DNA of 64,000 nt from a virus. The position numbers were made by a program, and so were the translations under genes. Location: the UHGV virus genome UHGV-1963645. One strand, 5' to 3'. Below are positions 43,097 through 54,176 of the stretch, in pieces (the first letter of the stretch is position 1; the number at the start of each line of letters is the position of its first letter). The notes under the pieces were generated by a model. It had not been told where the DNA came from. It worked only from the letters and a program-made list of their open reading frames with translations, and did not search any database.

Positions 43097-44686
43097 ATGT
43101 CTCAATATTCAATTCAACAGTCATTAGGTAATGCATCCGGCGTCGCTGTTAGCCCGATCAATGCCGATGCGACGTTATCTACCGGTGTTGCATTAAATAG
43201 CAGCTTGTGGGCTGGTATTGGCGTATTTGCGCGTGGCAAGCCGTTTACTGTTCTTGCGGTTACTGAGTCCAATTACGAAGATGTTCTCGGCGAACCGCTG
43301 AAGCCGTCTTCCGGCTCACAGTTCGAACCAATTCGTCATGTGTACGAAGCTATTCAGCAAACGTCTGGTTATGTTGTTCGTGCTGTTCCGGATGATGCGA
43401 AGTTCCCGATTATTATGTTCGATGAATCAGGCGAACCAGCTTACAGTGCGTTGCCATACGGTTCTGAAATTGAACTTGATAGCGGCGAAGCCTTTGCTAT
43501 CTACGTTGATGATGGTGATCCGTGTATTTCACCTACCCGTGAGTTAACCATCGAAACGGCAACAGCGGACAGCGCGGGTAATGAACGCTTCCTCTTAAAA
43601 CTGACCCAGACGACTTCGCTCGGCGTGGTAACGACCCTGGAGACACACACTGTGTCTTTGGCGGAAGAAGCAAAAGATGACATGGGCCGCTTGTGTTATC
43701 TGCCTACGGCTCTGGAAGTCCGTTCTAAATATCTGCGCGCGGTTGTTAATGAAGAGCTGATTTCGACGGCGAAAGTAACAAATAAAAAATCGCTGGCGTT
43801 CACTGGCGGTACCAACGGCGATCAGTCGAACATTTCCACTGCTGCTTACCTGCGTGCGGTGAAAGTGCTGAACAATGCGCCGTACATGTACACCGCTGTT
43901 CTCGGCCTGGGTTGCTATGACAATGCGGCGATCACTGCGTTAGGTAATATCTGTTCTGATCGCTTGATTGATGGCTTCTTTGATGTCAAACCGACATTGA
44001 CGTACACGGAAGCGATCTCTGCTGTTGAAGATACCGGTTTACTTGGTACCGATTATGTAAGCTGTGCTGTCTATCATTTCCCGTTCTCCTGCAAAGACAA
44101 ATGGACCCAATCCCGCGTGGTCTTCGGTCTGTCTGGCGCGGCGTATGCGGCGAAAGCTCGTGGCGTCAAGAAAAACTCCGATGTCGGCGGTTGGCATTAC
44201 TCACCGGCTGGTGAAGAACGTGCCGTCATTGCTCGTGCATCACTTCAACCGCTGTATCCGGAAGACACCCCGGACGAAGAAGCTATGGTCAAGGGCCGAC
44301 TCAATAAAGTATCTGTAGGTACTTCGGGCCAGATGATCATCGATGATGCTTTAACTTGCTGCACGCAGGACAACTATCTGCATTTCCAGCACGTCCCATC
44401 CCTGATGAACGCAATCAGCCGTTTCTTTGTCCAGTTAGCCCGACAGATGAAGCATAACCCGGACGGCATTACTGAGTCTGGCCTGACTAAAGGGATGACC
44501 AAACTTTTGGATCGCTTTGTCGCCTCCGGCGCTCTGGTGGCTCCTCGTGATCCTGATGCTGACGGTACAGAACCGTATGTGCTGAAAGTTACGCAGGCGG
44601 AATTCGATAAATGGGAAGTAGTCTGGGCCTGCTGCCCGACTGGCGTAGCCCGTCGTATCCAGGGCGTACCGCTGCTTATTAAGTAA
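43097..44686 (+). CDS. Contractile tail sheath protein candidate (gene 22 position)
   Basis: 529-aa ORF; size, position and composition consistent with a tail sheath. Confidence 0.6.
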   Translation: MSQYSIQQSLGNASGVAVSPINADATLSTGVALNSSLWAGIGVFARGKPFTVLAVTESNYEDVLGEPLKPSSGSQFEPIRHVYEAIQQTSGYVVRAVPDDAKFPIIMFDESGEPAYSALPYGSEIELDSGEAFAIYVDDGDPCISPTRELTIETATADSAGNERFLLKLTQTTSLGVVTTLETHTVSLAEEAKDDMGRLCYLPTALEVRSKYLRAVVNEELISTAKVTNKKSLAFTGGTNGDQSNISTAAYLRAVKVLNNAPYMYTAVLGLGCYDNAAITALGNICSDRLIDGFFDVKPTLTYTEAISAVEDTGLLGTDYVSCAVYHFPFSCKDKWTQSRVVFGLSGAAYAAKARGVKKNSDVGGWHYSPAGEERAVIARASLQPLYPEDTPDEEAMVKGRLNKVSVGTSGQMIIDDALTCCTQDNYLHFQHVPSLMNAISRFFVQLARQMKHNPDGITESGLTKGMTKLLDRFVASGALVAPRDPDADGTEPYVLKVTQAEFDKWEVVWACCPTGVARRIQGVPLLIK

Positions 44687-44695
44687 GGAAATACA

Positions 44696-45511
44696 ATGAG
44701 CAAAAACTTTTTTCAATCCGGGGCATTTTTGGGGAATGGACTGTCCCGTTTCGCTTTGAACTCTGATCCTGTGCAGCTGATGGAGTCTGCCCGAGCAAGC
44801 GCTGAACCGCCAACAGATCCGGTTATTAATAATAATCCGGAACCGGCGGCACAGACTAACGATAACGTTCCATCTGCCCCGGCTCCTGAGCAAATCCTGG
44901 AAGGGAAAGACGGTAAAGAATGGACCGTCGAACAGGCGCACCAGATGATTCTGGAAGCTGCAAATCGAAGTGCTATGCAGAATGCGTTGAGTGATGCGGC
45001 CGACGCCGTTTTCGCCTGGGCTGATAGCGGTGATCTGACTTTCGACTCCCTTGATGGTTTCGTTCAGGCTATCGCTGGTATCTCTGATGACGACGACTCC
45101 GAAGTTACAGAAGAACAGGACGATGCCTATAACGAAGCATGGGCAAATGTTGCTGACTTCCTCGCAGCATGCGGTGTAGATGATGACCTGATCGAAGCAC
45201 TGGCTGACGATGAAGACGACGACGCAGCTGCTGATGTTGGTGCCTCTATCGCTGGTTTAGATAGCGACGACCGCGACGAACTGGAAGCGGCGTTTGTTGT
45301 TGCTGGCACTTCTGATGAAATGCTGACTGAAGCATTTAAGAAGGTTGTTCGTAATGGTGAGATCAAACTCATCCGTAAACGCCTGCGTAAAAAACGTCTG
45401 ACTGCGGCTCAAAAATCGGCGCTGAAAAAAGCGCGTCGAAAAGCCCAGACCGGCGCGGCAAAACTTGCCCGCAAAAAGTCAATGAAACTGCGCCGTAAGC
45501 GCCTTGGCTAA
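44696..45511 (+). CDS. Acidic protein with strongly basic C-terminal tail
   Basis: Asp/Glu-rich centre, C-terminus KRLRKKRLTAAQKSALKKARRKAQ. Confidence 0.5.
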   Translation: MSKNFFQSGAFLGNGLSRFALNSDPVQLMESARASAEPPTDPVINNNPEPAAQTNDNVPSAPAPEQILEGKDGKEWTVEQAHQMILEAANRSAMQNALSDAADAVFAWADSGDLTFDSLDGFVQAIAGISDDDDSEVTEEQDDAYNEAWANVADFLAACGVDDDLIEALADDEDDDAAADVGASIAGLDSDDRDELEAAFVVAGTSDEMLTEAFKKVVRNGEIKLIRKRLRKKRLTAAQKSALKKARRKAQTGAAKLARKKSMKLRRKRLG

Positions 45512-45546
45512 AGGAGGAGGCCGGAGAACTCCGGCCTTTAACTTGA

Positions 45547-46128
45547 ATGGCACCTATACCTTATGGGGTTTACAGCCAGGCTGACGGTGTATCGCCATTT
45601 CTGAAAGTTACTTTAACGAACTCTCAGTATCAGGTTACCGGATATATCAGCCAGGGGGCGGCAATGAACATGGCCCAGAATTGGGAAGCACCGTTTACTG
45701 GTATGTCCATGGGGTCTGTTTCTGGCGCTCTGGGGGGGTTTGTGCAAGTAGGTACTGAAACAACGTCGGTTGCCCGTTGGAACAGCTTAATGGTTTGGGA
45801 AGGGGGGACACCGCCGACGTTCACGCTGCCCGTAACTTTCATTGCTTTGAACAATCCATTCATTGAAGTTTCAGGCGCTATCGCCGCGTTGACAGCCATG
45901 ATTAGCCCGGAACTAAAAGCGGCCAATGTTGGTGGTCGAATCCCGGAACGTGTGACGCTAAACATTGGTCGCCGGATCAACATCACCGATGTCGCTATCC
46001 AGGACTTAAGTTTTGATCTCGATGCGCCAAGGGACAGTAATGGATATTTCCTGAAAAACACCGTCAACCTCCAGTTGACCGGTTCTTCGATATATAACAG
46101 CTCCGATATTGTTCGGGCGTTCCAGTAA
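45547..46128 (+). CDS. Putative tail tube/structural protein
   Basis: 193-aa ORF in structural operon. Confidence 0.45.
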   Translation: MAPIPYGVYSQADGVSPFLKVTLTNSQYQVTGYISQGAAMNMAQNWEAPFTGMSMGSVSGALGGFVQVGTETTSVARWNSLMVWEGGTPPTFTLPVTFIALNNPFIEVSGAIAALTAMISPELKAANVGGRIPERVTLNIGRRINITDVAIQDLSFDLDAPRDSNGYFLKNTVNLQLTGSSIYNSSDIVRAFQ

Positions 46129-46139
46129 AAGGATTTTAT

Positions 46140-46649
46140 ATGGGGCACAATAACACTAAGGGAAACCGTAAATTTATTAAGGGCCGCTATACTGCCAACG
46201 CGGCCAAAGGCGAACGACTGGTATCTTCTGAATTCCAGCTCACTTTTGCAGGCCATGAAGATATCAGCGTACTGGTTCGCACGTCGCAAATTCCTGAAAT
46301 GACCCGCGAGGATGTGGAGGACTATGGTCCGAATGGTGTGAAGTTCAACCAGCACGGACCAATTCGAAACTCTGGGGAAATCCAGGTCCAGTGCGTGGAG
46401 ACTATCGAAGGCGATATTCTTCAGTTCATCAAGGATCGCATTGCGGCGAAGGACTATGTTGATATCACGATGGCTGCTACCCCTGAATCCAAATCTTCCG
46501 GGGTTAACGCTGTAACAAAAGCTGCTACAACAATTGAAATGTTGGACTGCAAAATCTACAGTGATGCAATCGACTTTAGTACCGAAGATGTGACTGCCGC
46601 TGTGCGCCCGTCACTTCGTATCGTCTACAACTGGATTGAGTGGGATTAA
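46140..46649 (+). CDS. Putative tail tube/structural protein
   Basis: 169-aa ORF in structural operon. Confidence 0.45.
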   Translation: MGHNNTKGNRKFIKGRYTANAAKGERLVSSEFQLTFAGHEDISVLVRTSQIPEMTREDVEDYGPNGVKFNQHGPIRNSGEIQVQCVETIEGDILQFIKDRIAAKDYVDITMAATPESKSSGVNAVTKAATTIEMLDCKIYSDAIDFSTEDVTAAVRPSLRIVYNWIEWD

Positions 46650-46820
46650 GAGTCATCCCTTGTATTTTAAAGCTCCTTCGGGAGCTTTTTTTATAACTAT
46701 TTTATATAAACATGCATCGATAACATTGTCTGGAGTTTTATGTTAGATTATTAATGTTCTAATAAACTACAATTATTGAGGTAGATGTTTGTGCCTGTAC
46801 TGTTAAAGGGGGACTCTAAA

Positions 46821-47417
46821 ATGGCTGTGATTCCAATGTCGTACTCCCCGGGTACTGTCGCTCGTCGATTTTCGATCCTGGACGGAGTTACCATCCAGGG
46901 TGTGCTTTACCAGGTTATATGGGATTCCAAAACCCCATTTGCAGCTGTAATAGAGGCTGCGCCTTCTGTTATCGATGGTGATATGCGGCATAAGGTTGTC
47001 GCTACTCTTGAACTTCAACGTCGCCCGCAGCTTGAAGGCGTACTGGTAAGGAAGTTCTGGGAGGATAGCGATGTTGCCCAGATTGAAGGTATCGTGGTTG
47101 ATGGAACTGTCCGGGATGTCGGTTTAGCTACTTTTGTTTACGAAACCGTAGCCTCAAAAGCTGGTGTTGTTTTGCTCAGTGATAATGAGCAATACGAAGG
47201 TGGAAAAGCTCTTTGGCAACATATCGCCCGTCGCTCTTCCGAGCTAAAAGTGTTTATCCTCGACACCGATGCCGCTCAGTATTACCCGTTTGACGGCGAA
47301 CGTGTTTGCTATGACGGGGTAAGTATTCCTGAATCCGAGATATGGAGTGAACACCCAGATCGAAGTAAGCATGGGGTTGTTCTGGTCGCTGAATCCATAA
47401 TTGGAAATGCGGCATAG
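46821..47417 (+). CDS. Hypothetical protein
   Basis: Start at ATG after AAGGGGG RBS. Confidence 0.5.
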   Translation: MAVIPMSYSPGTVARRFSILDGVTIQGVLYQVIWDSKTPFAAVIEAAPSVIDGDMRHKVVATLELQRRPQLEGVLVRKFWEDSDVAQIEGIVVDGTVRDVGLATFVYETVASKAGVVLLSDNEQYEGGKALWQHIARRSSELKVFILDTDAAQYYPFDGERVCYDGVSIPESEIWSEHPDRSKHGVVLVAESIIGNAA

Positions 47418-47599
47418 CAGTAAAAAATTCCTTGCTCCTTAAAATGGGAGAGGGTTAATCTACGTATGCTAAGCATAGATATGGCCTCAGATTAATGTTA
47501 AGCGTCTTGCAGGACGCGTAATGTTATCTGGGGCTTTCTTCTATCTGCTTTTCGGGTAATGCCTGAAGCAGATAGCCTCAAGCACCCGCAACGATTGTA

Positions 47600-47926
47600 T
47601 CAATGTCTGGCTTTTTTTCTATAGAAATCACCTGGAAGGGTGAATATCCACATCAGAAGAAATGTAGCAGCAAACATGATCCCTAATGGCCAGACCGCGC
47701 CAAAGAAAATCCATACTAAGATCTCCTCTGCTCGTTCTTTGCGGTCGATATCGACAAGCATTTTTCGGCTGATCATGTATACACAGAAGCCAATACAAAC
47801 ATATCCTGCAAAAGCGATCGCTAACTGTAAAAAATCAGATTGCATCTCCGACCTCAAACTGAAAACGCCAGGTGACTCCAGATTAGAGCAATCTATCACC
47901 CTCTGAATCCTGCCGGTATACCCCAT
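47600..47926 (-). CDS. Small membrane protein downstream of repL
   Basis: Hydrophobic 2-3 TM ORF; start uncertain. Confidence 0.3.
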   Translation of the reverse strand: MGYTGRIQRVIDCSNLESPGVFSLRSEMQSDFLQLAIAFAGYVCIGFCVYMISRKMLVDIDRKERAEEILVWIFFGAVWPLGIMFAATFLLMWIFTLPGDFYRKKARH

Positions 47927-48741
47927 TGTTCGTTATCTTTATTTTTGGCTAAAACCGCATTAAGAGCTTCGTTTACCGTCATGCAATGCGGCAGATTATC
48001 GAAGTTTGATACCCCGCCAATATCAGGAGAACGCTTGTTCTTCAGGTAAGCATATTTCCGCGCTGCCGCCTCTACTTTCTGCTTGAACTCATGTTTTTGA
48101 GCGCGTTTTTTGGATAACCGCAGATTGTCAGCCTTTGCTTTTGCCTCAGCGATCCATGAAGTCAATTTTTTGAGTCTGGTCGTTCCGGCACCGCCGGAAA
48201 CTGATCTTTTTGTTTTTTTAACTTGTGACTTCTTATTCTTTATTGCCACGTCATCCTGACAGGGGGAGGGGGTATCATTTTGACATGGGGGTGTGGATAA
48301 AAAATTAAATAAAGCCAATGTCTTAGCGAGAACAGCTTTAACCTTGGTTGCCGCTGAAGAGATCTTTAATTTGCTTTCAATCAGCGCATTTTTGGCTTGT
48401 TGTGCGAAGGCCAAAAAGGATGGTGTAAACCGGTACAGGTTAGCACGACGTTCATGGTGATCGCCGATAACAATCTCTACAGACAGAATTCCTTTGTTTA
48501 CAGCTTCACGGAATGCACGAACGACGGTTGATTGGCTATAACCAGTTTCTGCCGCGATCAGGCGGTGAGGCTTGTGAATGAAGTATTCACTGGTTGTTGC
48601 CGCTAGATTTGCACATTGCGACAGGATATGCCCGGCGCTACGAGATAGACCGGAGTGTGTTACAAAGCAGGCCAATTCATAGCCAGAAAAAGTAAAATCG
48701 CTCATCGTTATACAGCTCAGGAAAGTGACTTTAGCCAGCAT
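47896..48741 (-). CDS. repL: Lytic replication initiator RepL
   Basis: 281-aa ORF downstream of kilA; HTH-like segment SQSTVVRAFREAVNKGIL. Confidence 0.8.
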   Translation of the reverse strand: MLAKVTFLSCITMSDFTFSGYELACFVTHSGLSRSAGHILSQCANLAATTSEYFIHKPHRLIAAETGYSQSTVVRAFREAVNKGILSVEIVIGDHHERRANLYRFTPSFLAFAQQAKNALIESKLKISSAATKVKAVLAKTLALFNFLSTPPCQNDTPSPCQDDVAIKNKKSQVKKTKRSVSGGAGTTRLKKLTSWIAEAKAKADNLRLSKKRAQKHEFKQKVEAAARKYAYLKNKRSPDIGGVSNFDNLPHCMTVNEALNAVLAKNKDNEQWGIPAGFRG

Positions 48742-48770
48742 TACAATGCTGGTGGTTCTTACTACGTCTG

Positions 48771-49571
48771 TTAGCGCGTTGCCGCGACAGGTACCAGCAC
48801 ACCAGCATCAAGCAATCGCTTCATCAGCCACTGCTGACCTTTGCCGGTTATACGAGTCGTGAAAGAAATCCTGCTTCCATTGCTTGTATCGATCACGGTT
48901 TCTTTAAGGGTGAAATACCCACGGGATATGTATTCTTGTTTGGGGACGTTCCTGCGTTCACCGGTTGCGATCAGAATTCCGTTATCACGCAACCAGGTGA
49001 AGAGATAGTTTTGGCCCAGGCCGAGCACTTTGGCATAGTTGCCGATTAGAACCCCGCTGGCGGTAGCAACGCGTTCGGCGAATTCGACTTTAGGCGCATC
49101 CATAAGCATTTTTTGCTCCAGCCGTTGCTTTTGCTCTGCCAGGTCGGCAGCCAAACGGAGAGCTTCAGGGAGACTCTGCGGAATAGCAGGTTGTAATCTT
49201 CCGGCTCGATAGTCGATAAATGTCTGGTTTACCTTCAGCCGAAACGCGGGAGAAATCCAGCCTGCGTACTCCACAGCGAGCAATTCATGGGCAAACGTAC
49301 CGCCGCCACGGCCTTCGAACGAAACTATGCAATTCTGCATAGTTTCTTTTTCAAGCTCTTCGATAAGCTGTTTGGCTGACAGCGTTCTTAGCCATTGAGC
49401 TGGCGCTTTATGGGCACCGAGTCCGCTCGCTCTGTGTAGAGCATTAAGGTTGTAACGGCCAGCGCGGTCGGTCGTAATTTCAACACCACAAATAACAGGC
49501 AGAGTGGTTGAAGGATCGACATTTTGATGAAGGTTTGATATATTCATATCCGCATTGAATGTTTGTTGCAT
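48771..49571 (-). CDS. kilA: KilA (KilA-N domain plus antirepressor-like C-terminal domain)
   Basis: 266-aa ORF; C-terminal half paralogous to C-terminus of the ant ORF; first gene after the operator at 49641. Confidence 0.75.
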   Translation of the reverse strand: MQQTFNADMNISNLHQNVDPSTTLPVICGVEITTDRAGRYNLNALHRASGLGAHKAPAQWLRTLSAKQLIEELEKETMQNCIVSFEGRGGGTFAHELLAVEYAGWISPAFRLKVNQTFIDYRAGRLQPAIPQSLPEALRLAADLAEQKQRLEQKMLMDAPKVEFAERVATASGVLIGNYAKVLGLGQNYLFTWLRDNGILIATGERRNVPKQEYISRGYFTLKETVIDTSNGSRISFTTRITGKGQQWLMKRLLDAGVLVPVAATR

Positions 49572-49640
49572 TTTTTCTCCAAATTTGCATCAACCTTCAA
49601 TCACCAGCTCGAAAAGGTGATTCTTTGCACTTAGAAAACG

Positions 49641-49657
49641 AAATTTATTAGAGCAAA
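49641..49657. promoter_or_regulatory. C1-operator-like site heading the kilA-repL operon (Op53-like)
   Basis: AAATTTATTAGAGCAAA, 15/17 to reverse complement of consensus. Confidence 0.65.
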
Positions 49658-49734
49658 TTTTTCTGACCCGATCCAGATCGGGTTGGACGATCTGCTCAGA
49701 AACCTGCCAGTTTGCTGGCAGGTTTTTTCTTTTG

Positions 49735-50772
49735 TTAACCTATTGCTACTGGTTTTAACAAACCAGCATCAAGTAGCTTGCGAGTTAACCACTGCTGGCC
49801 TTTACCCGTTAATTGGGGCGTCAGCCGTATCTGGTAGCCATTTTCATCATCCAGCACCACTTCTTTCACCGTGAAATACCCGGCGTTAATGTACTGCTGG
49901 CGCGGTACGTTTTTGCGCGCACCAAAAGCCATGAGAATGCCGTTCTGGCGCAACCATGAGAAAAGGGCGTTTTGCTTAAGTCCAACGACCTTTGCAAAGT
50001 TCCCGATCAGGATTCCATTGGCCACTGATACCCGGTCGGCAAAATCGACTTTAGGGGCTGCGGCCACCAGCTGTTGTTCCAACTGCATTTTCTGTTCTGC
50101 TAACTCGGCAGCCAGGCGTAGGGCTTCTGGTAATGTCTGGGGGATCGATGGGGTAGGGGAGTTTGCCTGCTGTAATTCTTCCAGTTTGTCGATCAGCGAA
50201 CGGCGGACCGCTTTTGACTCGCGCGCGGCGACTCGCAGGGCTTGTTTGAAAGTCATGGTTATGACAAGCATTGATGTTTTGTTCATTTTTTCCACTACAC
50301 TTTTTGTGTAGTGCTCACCATCAAGCTCATCGAGTATTTTTTCGATGAATTTGTTGTTCCGAACCTCTGGTTCCCCACATAACTTACGCGCTTCATTGAC
50401 CATCTTTAACAGTGTCTGGCTGTCGATTGTGTCTCCAGTGTTGGAGATAACATTCACAGCTGGTGATGGCGTAGCTGAAGCAACAGGTGCTGTTTTTTCA
50501 ACATTTAAATTATTACCGGTCATTCTATGTGCCTCCTTTCTCATTTCTGCTGCCACTGTTGCGTAACGTAGACGTCCTTGTTCAATCAAATAATCCCTGA
50601 TCTCGGCTATCAGTAGCCTGTTGATCACAGCCTTATCTGTTCGGGTATAAAAACGTCTGGTTATCATGAAATAGTTAGCAATTGCGCCGGGGATCTCCCG
50701 TGTCGGCATACAGGCAGTATGCAAGGCGATCGCTTCGGCTATTTCATTACGGGTGACGAGAGGTGTTTTCAT
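49735..50772 (-). CDS. ant: Antirepressor Ant (second copy)
   Basis: 345-aa ORF, N-terminus paralogous to the left-edge ant; overlaps icd stop. Confidence 0.75.
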   Translation of the reverse strand: MKTPLVTRNEIAEAIALHTACMPTREIPGAIANYFMITRRFYTRTDKAVINRLLIAEIRDYLIEQGRLRYATVAAEMRKEAHRMTGNNLNVEKTAPVASATPSPAVNVISNTGDTIDSQTLLKMVNEARKLCGEPEVRNNKFIEKILDELDGEHYTKSVVEKMNKTSMLVITMTFKQALRVAARESKAVRRSLIDKLEELQQANSPTPSIPQTLPEALRLAAELAEQKMQLEQQLVAAAPKVDFADRVSVANGILIGNFAKVVGLKQNALFSWLRQNGILMAFGARKNVPRQQYINAGYFTVKEVVLDDENGYQIRLTPQLTGKGQQWLTRKLLDAGLLKPVAIG

Positions 50773-50990
50773 AAACCCCCCTGAACGTCGGCAGAGAAGG
50801 GGAGGCTCCAGTAACTAAGTGAATTGCGCGAGTTAGTTGAAAAACGGGCAGTAAAAATGCAGGGGCCATCAGGCAATTGAGAGCGTGCTTCGTCTTCTGT
50901 TGCTGCGATAACGAAGTGATAGTGGTGTTTTTGGCAGGAGTAAAAGCGCCAGATAAATTCAGGATGAGTAGGGGTAGGGATAGTAGCCAC
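50769..50990 (-). CDS. icd: Icd-like protein (second copy)
   Basis: 73-aa ORF near-identical to 614-835 copy. Confidence 0.65.
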   Translation of the reverse strand: MATIPTPTHPEFIWRFYSCQKHHYHFVIAATEDEARSQLPDGPCIFTARFSTNSRNSLSYWSLPFSADVQGGL

Positions 50991-51054
50991 AATGGCAGCC
51001 TCCTTTTGCTAATTTAAGGAGCTACCGCGTGAGGTTCCAATCTCAATGGCGGTA

Positions 51055-51165
51055 GCACTGACTGGGTTGGAACTACCGGCGCAAAAGGGAACCGGCCTGC
51101 CTTTCGGCAGCCCAGCCAGCACTACCATTGATCTCGGAGCTATGTGCTACGTATGGTTGTGCGAT
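51055..51165 (-). ncRNA. c4: c4-like antisense RNA (second copy, different predicted specificity)
   Basis: Same architecture as 900-1010 with paired substitutions GGTCTCAA->GGTTCCAA and TTGAGACT->TTGGAACT. Confidence 0.4.
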
Positions 51166-51487
51166 GGCATGACACAAAAAAAGACGCTTTTGGCGTCTAT
51201 GTCGCCTTTTGCATTATCCGGGGTTCCAATCCCGGCATCCGTTTTACTAAGATGCCTGTTTAGGATAAACCGAAAATGCATTAGCACGCAAGCAAGTTAA
51301 TGTAGCATATGAAGCTAAAAAAATAAAATAATTAGAGCAACTTGCAACCATGTAAATTATTTCTCTGGTAACTAAAATGTATGAGTTTAATTGATATGGG
51401 TCAAAGATTTTGACCATTGCATGGTGAAACTTTATGCTACAAAATGTTATTTTAAGGCGTTTTATCTGTGGCAGGAGATAGTTAATC

Positions 51488-51838
51488 ATGTCATCTGAAC
51501 ATGTTCGTAAAGGTGTAACAAATGCGAAATTCAATGAAGAGCAATCTAATATTCTCTTTATTGAAATAGGAATTCTGTCAATACTGATAGGTTTAATGTC
51601 TAAATCATGGTGGGCCTTTGGCGGTTCTTTTCTTGGACTGATTTTTAGTTTAAGAATAAAATTTCTAGCAATACCATTGATGATTGTATTTAGCTTAGTA
51701 TGGGGAGCTATTGGCTATAGTATTGGTACTTTGTTTGAATCAACAGCAGCAAGTATTGTTTTGGGGGTAATTGCTTTCCTGAGTGGTTTGGGTACTCATT
51801 TTGCTGCCGTGCAATGGGCAAATGATATTGCAGAATAA
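51488..51838 (+). CDS. Small three-TM membrane protein (AT-rich cassette gene 1)
   Basis: 116-aa ORF with three hydrophobic helices; AGGAG RBS. Confidence 0.5.
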   Translation: MSSEHVRKGVTNAKFNEEQSNILFIEIGILSILIGLMSKSWWAFGGSFLGLIFSLRIKFLAIPLMIVFSLVWGAIGYSIGTLFESTAASIVLGVIAFLSGLGTHFAAVQWANDIAE

Positions 51839-51860
51839 TTACAGATAAGAAGCGAAAAGA

Positions 51861-52337
51861 ATGAATATGAGATGGTTTTTATTATTTGTATCGTTAGTTT
51901 CAGCAGGAACATTTGCAAAAATTGATCCTCTACAATGGAATGTAATTGAAGAGAGAGGGGGGAGAGAATATACAATCCATAATCATAATGGTGATAAGAT
52001 AAGTTTTTTATGTGATATGGGATTCATGTATGGTTCACCAGATAGTGCAGGTAGTTTAGGCTTGTTGCTAAGTTCGTCGAATAATAAAAAAGAGTATAAT
52101 GCTGACAAGAATAAAATAGTATTAACTATAGATGGTGATCAATATCCTTTTAGCAATCTTGGATCAATGGTTGGAGATTCTTGGTGGTATGCCTTTTGGC
52201 AAGATGCAGCAGATTCAAATGCTAATATGATTGATGCTTATGTTGATAATGAAAAAATTGCTACATTCCCTCTTTCTGGGCTAAGTAAGTTGTATCAACA
52301 AGCCAAAATGGATGGATGTATTAAACGAGGCAAATGA
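51861..52337 (+). CDS. Secreted/periplasmic protein (AT-rich cassette gene 2)
   Basis: Signal peptide MNMRWFLLFVSLVSAGTFA; 158 aa. Confidence 0.5.
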   Translation: MNMRWFLLFVSLVSAGTFAKIDPLQWNVIEERGGREYTIHNHNGDKISFLCDMGFMYGSPDSAGSLGLLLSSSNNKKEYNADKNKIVLTIDGDQYPFSNLGSMVGDSWWYAFWQDAADSNANMIDAYVDNEKIATFPLSGLSKLYQQAKMDGCIKRGK

Positions 52338-52411
52338 TCTTTCTGTGTTAAAGATTAACGCAATCAATAAAACATTGGTTGCGTAATATTCTATTATAGA
52401 AATGGAATAAT

Positions 52412-53446
52412 ATGACAAAAATTACTAATTCTAATGAGTTGAAGTTGCTGTATAAACAGTCAGTGCTCATTCCATCATACAAAGATCACGTAGCGATCTT
52501 GCAAAAACAATTAGGAATAGAAAAACATTCTTTTCAAAATATGCCAAGATTGAATAGACAAGCTGTAATTAGTAACTCTCTTCGAAAACAATTGGCTAGT
52601 ATACCGAACTTGGCTGGAATAGGCAGCAAGTATCGTGAACATATCGCGATTTTACAGAAACAGACTCAGGCTCTTTTCCCTCATGATGCAAATAGATATA
52701 TTCAAATGCTAAGGAAACAGGCCGAAATAGCTATGCCATTACGAAAACAGCTTGAGGTGCTTAATAAGCAAGCTGGTTTAAATAACATGCAAGCGATACT
52801 TAAAGAATTACAACAAAGTGCAAGTTATAAAATAGATGTAAGCCAAGACATAAAGAAAGTACTAGATCACTATGCTAGAACAAGAAATGCTTCATTACAT
52901 CAAATAATAGAGCAGGGGATTTCATCTATTGCGCAGGCTTATGCTGAAGGTGCTACTGAAACATCACACACCAAAAGTAATGTTCAAAATAAAGGATTAA
53001 ATAAACCTAGCTCAAAGTTTGTTGATTCATTTAAAGAGCTTCCTTATCCACTGCAATGGTTACTAATGGTTATATTTTCTCAAGTTGTGTTTGGTGCTTT
53101 TATTGATTACGGAAAAGAGAAAACCTTGCTGGGAATACACAAGGCAGAATCATATTTTATATCTCTGTTTGAGGATAAACCAATATCAAAACAACAATTA
53201 ATTAAAGAAAACAAAGAAATTAGTTGGGAAGATCTCAATGGTTTTCGTTTTATAACTGGTGAGAACGTAAGATTACACGTCAGTCCTTCTATAAATAGTG
53301 AGGTGATTGAATGCATTGGCAAAAATACTATAGTGGCTGTTTTAGATAAAAAAGATCGCCAATGGCTTTTCGTGCAGGTTAAATCAGGGGACGAGTTTAT
53401 TACTGGATGGATTACACGAACATACACAAAGCCTCTTAAGGCTTGA
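52412..53446 (+). CDS. Membrane-anchored protein with C-terminal SH3-like domain (AT-rich cassette gene 3)
   Basis: Internal TM (WLLMVIFSQVVFGAFIDY), N-terminal repeats (HVAILQKQ/HIAILQKQ), C-terminal SH3b-like segment. Confidence 0.5.
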   Translation: MTKITNSNELKLLYKQSVLIPSYKDHVAILQKQLGIEKHSFQNMPRLNRQAVISNSLRKQLASIPNLAGIGSKYREHIAILQKQTQALFPHDANRYIQMLRKQAEIAMPLRKQLEVLNKQAGLNNMQAILKELQQSASYKIDVSQDIKKVLDHYARTRNASLHQIIEQGISSIAQAYAEGATETSHTKSNVQNKGLNKPSSKFVDSFKELPYPLQWLLMVIFSQVVFGAFIDYGKEKTLLGIHKAESYFISLFEDKPISKQQLIKENKEISWEDLNGFRFITGENVRLHVSPSINSEVIECIGKNTIVAVLDKKDRQWLFVQVKSGDEFITGWITRTYTKPLKA

Positions 53447-53575
53447 ATTTTATCACCGTATCTTGGGGCTGGGTGTTGATGACGATGTGCTACTTGAAGT
53501 ACTTGGGTTTTTTAACGCAGCATCTGAAATGTGTAGACTGACCGGTAACAAATGACAACTCGTAGAATCGGGTAA

Positions 53576-54166
<591 letters not shown>

Positions 54167-54176
54167 GGGGGCTGAT

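Noticed and set aside
45630-46355. 241-aa minus-strand ORF
   Set aside because: Antisense across two plus-strand structural genes; no start context.
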